This document shows positions 31,704 through 40,150 of a stretch of DNA of 64,000 bases, piece by piece (the first letter of the stretch is position 1; each line of letters opens with the position of its first letter). The DNA is from Andalucia godoyi And28. Its lineage: Eukaryota; Protista; Jakobida. The position numbers and the translations under genes are program-made. Where the stretch lies: assembly GCA_009859145.1 (NCBI GenBank), contig VRVR01000013.1, positions 24,786 through 88,785 of the forward strand, read 5' to 3'. The notes under the pieces were generated by a model. The model saw only the letters and a program-made list of their open reading frames with translations, searched no databases and was not told where the DNA came from.

Positions 31704-34700
31704 CTAACGGCGACCGGAATGTTGCCTGCCGGAAACAAGACCAGGGACGCCACGGCTGGAGGGCCGTCCCGAAGCCGTACTTGCACTTGCACTTGCGCTC
31801 CCGGACGCCGGTCTTCCGCTCATTCCCAGCGTGGGAAGTGGTTGGCTGCTTGACATGTGGGACGCGCTCGGACGTCGGACGGCACGAGAGCTAGAGACAG
31901 ATCTGCCCGACAAGGATCCCGAGGAAGGAACCTGCGGCTGTGGCTGTGGCTGCGGTTCTTGTGTTACGGAAGCAACAACATGAGGATCCGCGAGAATGGT
32001 ATCCGATGGAGGCTCCATGCCGCTCTCTTGCATGGACGCGCGCAAATCGTCAATTTCAATCAACGCACGACGCAAATCCTGCAACGATGCTTCATACCGA
32101 TCTCGATAGAGCTGAACTTGTTCGGGGGCGTCGAGATCCATTTCGGACCGAAGGACGTCAAGCTTCGACAAGGCTTGCATCTTAATACGCTGCTCGTCGG
32201 CTAGCCGCTTCAGCAGCTTTTTGATCTCTCGATCTTTCTGGTCCTCGATGATGTTCGTCTTGCGCTGTACCTTCTCTTCAACAGAAGCAAACTGGCGCAG
32301 AGCGACATCCTTCTTTTCAATTTCGATCAGCAGTTTGTCAACATCAATGTGTGACCATCTCTCATAACGTTTGACCTTTTCCTCGAGATCCGTTAGCACC
32401 TGAGCATTTCGCACCTTCCAATGCACCAGCTGCTGTTTGTTCTTCATTTGCATATTCAGGTCCTTGCGCAACTGCTCAAGCTCAACTTCTGCACTGTGCA
32501 ATGCACTCTGCGTCGCCACGAGTTGCTGACGAAGAATGGTCTCGCGCTCCTCAACTCGTTCACGATTCGCCCAGTACTCCCGTTGCATCTTCTCGCGTTC
32601 ATGGACTTCCTTGCGCACGACTCTTTCGAATCGAGATTTGATAGTGGCCTGACGAAGCAACGCAAAGAGCGACATCTTCATAATCGTCTTTTTCATTTCC
32701 ATGTTTTCTTCCTTCACGCGGGAAATTTCATCGTCGAAACGAGCAATCTTCAAGGCTTTCCTCTTCAATTCCAAGGGGGCGTTTTCAGACTCGACCATCT
32801 TGAGCATTGCCTCCTTCTTGACCTCCATCAAATTGTTCTGCATCTCTCTGTAGAGATACGTGCGATATTCATCAAACTTGCCTTTTGTCAGCGTGAGTTC
32901 GCGATCCAGAGACTCGATACGGTCCTGGAACTCCGCCTCGATCTTGGTGCGTAGCACAGCCTCCTGCTCGGCCATCGACTTTCGGAGGCGCTCGTTCTCT
33001 TTGGAGAGCTCGTCAAGTGCATACAAAAGCTCGTAGTTTCGGTCCGCTAGTTCAATTTGGACTCTACGCTTGAGTGCGCGACGATCCATCTCGTGGATCG
33101 ATTCCAGATAACGGAGACGGCTCTCGAGCTGAAAGATGGTGTATGTCAAGCGGTGCGCCGTTTCCTTCAAAACCACAGACCGCTGATCTACGGCCGAAGA
33201 TTTCCACTCCATGAGCTTCTGCGTAAGCTCATCAAGACACAAATTCAAATGATCCTCGGTCACTTCACACACCACAATCTCCTCGGGCTCACCGCGCCGT
33301 TTCACGCAACGAGACAGGAATCGCTGCAAGAAATCCTTCACAAGCAGTGCTTTCGAAGAAACATCTGCAGACGAGCCCATTCCAGGCGCAGTGAGAAAAG
33401 GTGCCGGCTGGGATGCTCCAAAGCTCGATGGAACGACGGACGGAACAGAAGAATTCAGCGTGGCGCCTGTATCTGGTTCTGAAAATAATCTTGCGTAGAT
33501 GACTTGGACACGAGACACGTCTTCTTGGATGAGAAGCGCGGAGGTCTTCTGATGAAGAAGCAAGATCTGAACGGAGCGAATCAGCGACTCGGTCAACTTT
33601 CGAGGAGCATTGAGAGCGATGCGGGCCACCAGCACTTGCGGGGACACCGGCTGCGGCTCCTCCAACGCATCAAGCGTTGGAACTGCCTGGACTTGCGAGA
33701 GCGCAGCATTCCGGTTCTTCTCCTTGTCATCGGTCAGTGAATCATTGGATGCCTTGAAGGTCTCGATGAACGGCTTGACATTCACGAGGATATCGTCCTT
33801 AATTGCGTCCGCCAAACCGTCGGAATCGTCAAGTTTCAAGCAGCGAGCAGATGCCACCTTTTGAACGTAGAAAGACCGAAGCTTTGCAAGCGTCAGCGAA
33901 GTTTCCAAAAAGTGAATTTGCATCGACACTGCGAGCTCAGATTGACTCGTGGAGTAGACCTTTTCCTCGGCAAGCAAGTCATCAAGCAACAGATCAATAG
34001 CAGTCTCTTCGCCCGAAATGTAATTTCTTTCCGCGTCACCCAGAACTAACGAAATGTACTTGCATTTTGCCAACGGCGAATCCACAAGAGCACCTACAAA
34101 GGGGCCATAGTGCAACGCATGATCCACTGCCTTTGCATGGAAGAACTGGTTCTGGTTCATTCGCATACTCTTGGAATTCTCCTCCACGATCTTCCAAACT
34201 GATCCTGGAAGGCCCGAAACATCGACGACGAACGGAAGAGAAGCCAGCAATTTTGACCGGGCGACAGACCGAGACTGGTCCGGAACAGAATCCGAAACAA
34301 TGCAGCTCGAACACCAAGGATCGATTGGTGACACAAGAATATTCTCAAACGATCGGAGGATGCGAAGCGAATCGGCGACATTTGCCTTGTCACCCACGAC
34401 AGCACGTTTGGAACTGACAATATCAGTTAGATTACGGAGCGAAACAATCAGCTTGCAGTACAACATGCGTCGCTTGCACATGATGTAGCGAAGCACAACG
34501 TCCGGATCTGTGGGATCCGAAACATGCTCCAGCTCATCCCGTAACTTTGAAAAATCATGCGCGATCTGATCCAAACCCGCATTCTGCACAACATCCTCCA
34601 CAAGGGAAACCGTGAGCTTCGATTTCATGTAGACAAGATAAGCAACATCGAGCAATGCTGAGAAAATGCGCATGCTCTTCGACAATAAAAGAGCTCGTTT

Positions 34701-37700
34701 GCTCTTGTTGTATTCCAGGGGATCATTCGTTTGGAGAAGGCGCAGCACATCGACACGCGAAGGGATCACAAACACTGAACTGATCGTTCCGTCCATCCTG
34801 ATGAACTCTCCGCTGGTAACGGCATCCGATGATCCCGAAGTTGCTAATCCAGATGATGCAGTCCCGTTTCCATTCGCACTGTTGTTGGCATTGTTGCTGC
34901 TGCCGTTGTTGTTGCTAGTGCTGGTGTTGGTCGTCGCGTTGTTGTTGCTGCTGCTGCTGCTGTTGTTGTTGTTGTTATTGCTTGCAGACGCAGCGCTTGC
35001 GCGGACACCTTTTCCGGAAGTTGCGGAAAACCCAAAAGGACCCATTTTCCCTTGCATTTCAACTTCCAACAACAAACGCAAGGATTCTACAATCCTGGAA
35101 AATTGCACGCGAGATCCAATAAGCCTAATTTCCTGCAACATGTCCTTGCAGAAAGTATGCACCAACTCAAATTTTAGCTCACGAATTCTCTTTTGAACTG
35201 CATCCGGGGACTTTGATTTGAAAATAGGTGCTGATCGCTCATTGTAATCTCTCAAAACTTGCGCTCTGTACGAATGCTTCAGATTGTTCACAGACACGAA
35301 CAACTCGGACACAATGGACAGCATGGCAGAAGACAATTGCGCCGCCGCAGCGGAGGCCGGACGAGACTCGCCGTTTCCAGCGAGGGAATTGGAACGATAC
35401 GATGATCGTTGATCCGGGGAGCTAGAATCATGCAGTTCTGTGACAAACACATTGGAAGCAAACAACGATGCTGGTTTAACAACGTCCAACAAAACCTGAT
35501 TGTGATGGACAGCGACAATGTAAAGATTTTTCTGCAATACCTGCGTCTGAACTGCTCGGCGCAGTTCGTACAACCCTGCGGGAGACAGCAGTTTCTTGAT
35601 ACCAGAAGAAGACACAAAGTCAAAGTGCGACAACGACGACTCGAACTCCGATATTGCAAGATTCGTCAGATAATCCGAACGCAATGCAAGAACCTCCGAC
35701 CCCTTGTTCTTGGTCACCTCTACCTTGTCTGCAGACGAAAATTGCAAAGGATCCAATTGCATGTTCTTCACATCTCTGCCGACAATCTTGCCTTGATCGC
35801 GGTACACTGTGAACAGGACATCACACTCGAAAAGATCATCAAGAAGCGCACGACGCAACCACATGAGTTCAACAGAGGATGCAAAAAGCTGCATCATCGT
35901 CGACTCCGTCGTATCGATCGGGAAACCGCCGGAAGACAGCAGCACATTGTTGGGAACTGGGGTTCCCGCATCCTTCTGACTCGTGGACAGGTCGCGGGTA
36001 ACTGCACTCTGTTTTAGTTCTGCATCTCTGAACTCGGTGACGTAGTCGCGAGCGATCATTTCGATGGCCTCGGGATCCTCAATCAGAATGCCTCGATCAT
36101 ACGAGGTGTTTGCAGGATCGTCGCCCTTCTTGGCAAACGACTTCGCAATTCTGTCCTCTTCCAACAAAAGTTTCCATTCCACAATCGAAAGCTGCAAGAA
36201 AATACGATGCAGAGCAGAAAAGTGAGACGGCTGACGAACTTGAAGATCGTCGATCAGCTCCTGCACACATCGAGCGATCGTTCCCATGATCTGCGTAACG
36301 GTGGATAGCGACGGATACACATCCAGCGCGCCAATGTAGCACCCACCTGGAATTAGAAATGCCTTCGGATGCGTGTTCGAAACAGGCTGGAGAGGGTATC
36401 CATCACTGAATTCTGGGTGTTCTTCCAAGAAACTGCCGATCTTCTTGTACACAAAATTGAGCCCGTCCCTTTCTTCTGCAACTTGATGAGTGATGAGAGA
36501 TCGAAGAAGCGATGCTTGCAGTTCGAACAGAACAATCTCCGAGGCATACGCCGAAGAGAAATACTCGAGTTCCAAATCATATCGAGGTCGACGATAAATC
36601 GTATTCATGATCATGGTATTCAGCTTCTGACGTTCGTGCGGATCCGTGCAGTGATCGTAAATTTCAAACAGACAGTCCACGACCTTCTTCTTGGCAGCTT
36701 GGAACCAGGCCTCGCTTTCAAACAAGTCTTCAAGAACCGAGCTTCGATCTACATCTGAAAATGGACGACCATTGCCATATTTGCCGGCTACAAGGTCGCT
36801 GGTAAACCCGCCACCACCATGCTGCTGTTGCATCAGGCGTGCAGCAATGTTGGCAGAAACGCGCGACGCGTTCTGCATCGAATTCTGGCTTCCAGACGAT
36901 CCTTCATAGGATCTGTCATGATTCGCGATGCAATGAGATCCAAGTCGAATCAACTCAGCGGAAATAGCTTCCAAATCATGGACAGCGGCATCGTACATGA
37001 TGTAAACACCTTTCGAATCACGAACTCTGAAATCAACGCTCACACTCTCGTCCAGTCCGCTGAACTTGTCCGAGGTCGCGCTCTTTTTGCCATCGGGAAC
37101 CGCAGAAGTGAATGGGTCTTCCACAGTGCGATCCATAGAGTCCAACACATCATTCAGCGACACATAGGAATCATCGCGATCCTCAATCGTCCCCATTTTC
37201 ATGATTGCAACGTCGTCTACTCGAGATAGTCGAGAGGGATCGCCAAATGTGTTGTCTTTCGAAAGCACCGAAGGAAGCTTTTCATAAAAGCTACCGTTCA
37301 GTGTTGGCGATGTCTCATACGATTCCTGCTCAAACGCGTAGCCAAATGAATCCGACGTCAAACGACGCTCGACAGATCGCAAATAGTTCAAAGAATCGAG
37401 AATCTTTCGCCGGAACTCTCGAGTCCTCAAAAAACGCAAGAAATACACGGAGAGGAGCTTGTGCTTCATCATGAGGCGTTCGCGTTCTTCGATGTCGACG
37501 TATGATCCTGCACGGCGTCCAGGTCCGCTGAACGCAGCCTGATCATCATCGTCGACTATGGATTGTGCTACATTTAGCGCATGGCCTTGCGACTGAGCGA
37601 CTCGCGACAAATGGACATCCACCTGATCCTTCAGACGCTTGCTTACTTGATGGATATCATTGGACTCCAAGAACGAACACTCAACGCGGAGCACGTGGTC

Positions 37701-38957
37701 CATCTTTGTTGATTTTTCTAGAACGATTCGTTGCCGCTCCAGCTGCTCATCCAAGAACCTGTCTCTTCGCACATATTGGGCCCAATCAGCGTGCTTCAAA
37801 AACACGCCGTTCTGTAAGTCGATGTTAAGCGGAACACTGTTTGGAACTCCGGAGCTATCACCGTCGGCACCGTCATGTTTGGGATCCGATGTGGCATTCA
37901 TTCTGCTCCCGCCTTTTGCAAACAATGCATGTGGATAATCCGAAAACGAGAGGGCACTCGTCTGCGCACCGAAAATGGAGTTGAACTTCTTGCTGATCAT
38001 ATAAAAATACTCTTGCCCTTCGTCGGTGAATTGTGCACGGATATCAAAGGACTCTGCAAGCTCCTGCAGCGGCACGTCCAGGTCTTCGAGAAACTTTGCA
38101 ATCATGGGAATCTTCAGTGCATTCGAGGAACGAGGCAACTTGCCGTCTTGTACAATGTTCTCAGATTTCTGAAACTGATCCACAATTTCACTCTTCTTTG
38201 CAAACCGCAGCCACTGCAGCTTTCTCAAGAACCGTCTGATCTTCTTGTTCACACGGCTCTCGTGAATTTGCGATCGCATATACACCCGATACGCATCTGC
38301 ATCGAACAGCACGTCCGCAGATCCCCGAGGTTCTGAAATTGGTCCTTTCAACGAACCACACTTTGCTTCGACATCTACAAGCCAAGACGCAGCGACATCG
38401 TACTGTCGCTCCAGATTCCTCAAGCGGTGGTCCAAGTCCGGAAACATAATCTCCACGTTGTTACTGGTCGATGAGAACCGCGCCCATCGTTTGAGCAAAA
38501 TGTACTTGTACATCGCCAACACCGAAAGTCGGTTTGCAAAAAACTCACGCAAAGCCGCATTCGCAAACACATAGCTGTTTCTTTCAATCTCCAGCGACAA
38601 GACTTCGCTGGACAAGAGCTCTCCATAGGAAAGCATAGGAGGGAGCGGATCAGGCTTCTCCGTAGCAGTGAGAATCTTCGATCGACTCTCGGAAAGATGC
38701 TCGAACGACGGGATCTTCGTCTTGTCGATGGAAGCAGCGACCGAGTTAAAGTGTGCATCTCCCGATGAATAAGACGATGTTCGTGCCTCAATCAATTGCT
38801 GAACACTCGATATTGCATTCTCAAGATCCAACAGCTTCATGCGCTCTTCGTGGGAGATGGAGATGTCTTCTGCGTGAGCAAACGCCTTGGATCCGGGATG
38901 TTTTTCCGCAAGTGCACGATTTGCAGACACCTCGGAAAAGGAGGATTTCTGTGCCAT
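31704..38957 (-). CDS. Giant CCDC162/DUF4549-like coiled-coil protein (2417 aa)
   Basis: N-terminal FFANRLSVLAMYKYILLKRWARFS...FP resembles DUF4549. Long C-terminal coiled coil; uninterrupted 7.25-kb ORF. Confidence 0.7.
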   Translation of the reverse strand: MAQKSSFSEVSANRALAEKHPGSKAFAHAEDISISHEERMKLLDLENAISSVQQLIEARTSSYSSGDAHFNSVAASIDKTKIPSFEHLSESRSKILTATEKPDPLPPMLSYGELLSSEVLSLEIERNSYVFANAALREFFANRLSVLAMYKYILLKRWARFSSTSNNVEIMFPDLDHRLRNLERQYDVAASWLVDVEAKCGSLKGPISEPRGSADVLFDADAYRVYMRSQIHESRVNKKIRRFLRKLQWLRFAKKSEIVDQFQKSENIVQDGKLPRSSNALKIPMIAKFLEDLDVPLQELAESFDIRAQFTDEGQEYFYMISKKFNSIFGAQTSALSFSDYPHALFAKGGSRMNATSDPKHDGADGDSSGVPNSVPLNIDLQNGVFLKHADWAQYVRRDRFLDEQLERQRIVLEKSTKMDHVLRVECSFLESNDIHQVSKRLKDQVDVHLSRVAQSQGHALNVAQSIVDDDDQAAFSGPGRRAGSYVDIEERERLMMKHKLLSVYFLRFLRTREFRRKILDSLNYLRSVERRLTSDSFGYAFEQESYETSPTLNGSFYEKLPSVLSKDNTFGDPSRLSRVDDVAIMKMGTIEDRDDSYVSLNDVLDSMDRTVEDPFTSAVPDGKKSATSDKFSGLDESVSVDFRVRDSKGVYIMYDAAVHDLEAISAELIRLGSHCIANHDRSYEGSSGSQNSMQNASRVSANIAARLMQQQHGGGGFTSDLVAGKYGNGRPFSDVDRSSVLEDLFESEAWFQAAKKKVVDCLFEIYDHCTDPHERQKLNTMIMNTIYRRPRYDLELEYFSSAYASEIVLFELQASLLRSLITHQVAEERDGLNFVYKKIGSFLEEHPEFSDGYPLQPVSNTHPKAFLIPGGCYIGALDVYPSLSTVTQIMGTIARCVQELIDDLQVRQPSHFSALHRIFLQLSIVEWKLLLEEDRIAKSFAKKGDDPANTSYDRGILIEDPEAIEMIARDYVTEFRDAELKQSAVTRDLSTSQKDAGTPVPNNVLLSSGGFPIDTTESTMMQLFASSVELMWLRRALLDDLFECDVLFTVYRDQGKIVGRDVKNMQLDPLQFSSADKVEVTKNKGSEVLALRSDYLTNLAISEFESSLSHFDFVSSSGIKKLLSPAGLYELRRAVQTQVLQKNLYIVAVHHNQVLLDVVKPASLFASNVFVTELHDSSSPDQRSSYRSNSLAGNGESRPASAAAAQLSSAMLSIVSELFVSVNNLKHSYRAQVLRDYNERSAPIFKSKSPDAVQKRIRELKFELVHTFCKDMLQEIRLIGSRVQFSRIVESLRLLLEVEMQGKMGPFGFSATSGKGVRASAASASNNNNNNSSSSSNNNATTNTSTSNNNGSSNNANNSANGNGTASSGLATSGSSDAVTSGEFIRMDGTISSVFVIPSRVDVLRLLQTNDPLEYNKSKRALLLSKSMRIFSALLDVAYLVYMKSKLTVSLVEDVVQNAGLDQIAHDFSKLRDELEHVSDPTDPDVVLRYIMCKRRMLYCKLIVSLRNLTDIVSSKRAVVGDKANVADSLRILRSFENILVSPIDPWCSSCIVSDSVPDQSRSVARSKLLASLPFVVDVSGLPGSVWKIVEENSKSMRMNQNQFFHAKAVDHALHYGPFVGALVDSPLAKCKYISLVLGDAERNYISGEETAIDLLLDDLLAEEKVYSTSQSELAVSMQIHFLETSLTLAKLRSFYVQKVASARCLKLDDSDGLADAIKDDILVNVKPFIETFKASNDSLTDDKEKNRNAALSQVQAVPTLDALEEPQPVSPQVLVARIALNAPRKLTESLIRSVQILLLHQKTSALLIQEDVSRVQVIYARLFSEPDTGATLNSSVPSVVPSSFGASQPAPFLTAPGMGSSADVSSKALLVKDFLQRFLSRCVKRRGEPEEIVVCEVTEDHLNLCLDELTQKLMEWKSSAVDQRSVVLKETAHRLTYTIFQLESRLRYLESIHEMDRRALKRRVQIELADRNYELLYALDELSKENERLRKSMAEQEAVLRTKIEAEFQDRIESLDRELTLTKGKFDEYRTYLYREMQNNLMEVKKEAMLKMVESENAPLELKRKALKIARFDDEISRVKEENMEMKKTIMKMSLFALLRQATIKSRFERVVRKEVHEREKMQREYWANRERVEERETILRQQLVATQSALHSAEVELEQLRKDLNMQMKNKQQLVHWKVRNAQVLTDLEEKVKRYERWSHIDVDKLLIEIEKKDVALRQFASVEEKVQRKTNIIEDQKDREIKKLLKRLADEQRIKMQALSKLDVLRSEMDLDAPEQVQLYRDRYEASLQDLRRALIEIDDLRASMQESGMEPPSDTILADPHVVASVTQEPQPQPQPQVPSSGSLSGRSVSSSRAVRRPSASHMSSSQPLPTLGMSGRPASGSASASASTASGRPSSRGVPGLVSGRQHSGRR

Positions 38958-39462
38958 GAGGTTCGTTCCGGTTCAGTTAAACGGCGATGATGATGATGAT
39001 GATGATGACTACAATCGAGATCGCGACGACAATGAAAAACAGAACAAAGAAGTGCGAGAAAAAGAAGAAGAAAAAATAGCAAAAAGGATTCCAGGAGAAA
39101 AAAAAATTGGAAACGAAGTGATGATCAGGAATTCGTTATCAAGTGAGAGTTGTGCTGGATGCATGTGTCGCTGGGTCTGTCTTGGTTGACTTGGTTGACA
39201 GTTTTTCTCGTAGTGATGTCCATGGGAAAACGGTTGCCAAACGACACATTAGACTTCCTCTTTTTAATTTTATTGCGTCTGTGAGTCTGCTCCTACAGAT
39301 ACACTACGACTGGTGAAGAGAGAGAGAGAGAGAGAGGTCCGGCAACTCGGTTCGGGGGAAAACGTCCCACTTCACGCTTTTGATTCTTTCGTTTTCTTTA
39401 GCGAAACGGCGCGCAAAGGCATCGGCAGTCGGTCGAACGGAGCGGCAGCACGAGGGGGAGTG

Positions 39463-39493
<31 letters not shown>

Positions 39494-39518
39494 TGCGTGT
39501 GTTTCCGTTCTGGTGTGC

Positions 39519-40025
39519 ATGTGGACACTGAGCAGATTTGCAGCTCGACATGCGTCCAGGAAGCCTCGGCCGGCGAATTTGCTTGTGGAGAATCACAGAG
39601 CTGGGAAAGATCACAGCATTTCTTCAACGGTGGAATGCGGGATTTCGCTCCAGACGTCCGAAGTGAAGTCGCTCAGTGCAAAGCATGCCGATTTGTCGTC
39701 AGGACATGTCCAGGTCATCGACAATGAGGCGTTTCTGATGGATGTCCATATTCCGCAAACGCGGTCATGCTTGCCCTTTCATTCTCATCTGTCAGATCGA
39801 CCGAGAAAGCTACTGATGCACAAGAAGCAGATCAAAGATGTGGAGGACTGGATCAAAGAGAAGGATCGAGACGTCATCCCGTTGCGGTTTAGACAGGGCG
39901 AGACGGGGTGGATGAAGGTGGATGTTGGATTTGGAGAGCGGAAAGGAACCGGGGATGAACGAGAGGCGGAACAAGGGAAAAAATGGAAGAAGGAGAGAAC
40001 AGATTTTCTAAAGGGCTGCTCCTAG
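39519..40025 (+). CDS. smpB: SsrA(tmRNA)-binding protein SmpB with a mitochondrial-type presequence
   Basis: VENHRAGKDH...ECGISLQTSEVKSL...FLMDVHIP...RPRKLLMHKKQI...VIPLRF...KVDVG match the bacterial SmpB motifs (NRKARHDY, EAGIxLxGxEVKSL, RxRKLLLHKxEI, PL). The N-terminus MWTLSRFAARHASRKPR is basic and acid-free. Confidence 0.85.
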   Translation: MWTLSRFAARHASRKPRPANLLVENHRAGKDHSISSTVECGISLQTSEVKSLSAKHADLSSGHVQVIDNEAFLMDVHIPQTRSCLPFHSHLSDRPRKLLMHKKQIKDVEDWIKEKDRDVIPLRFRQGETGWMKVDVGFGERKGTGDEREAEQGKKWKKERTDFLKGCS

Positions 40026-40150
40026 AACAAGGCACCGTGGTACTTGGCTTTACATGCTTTTCCTATTCCTACTGTGCACCTTCCTCCAGCAAGAAAATGG
40101 AGAAAAAAAAAGATGGTGATAGTGGTAGTGGTGATGATAATGGGTAGGCT

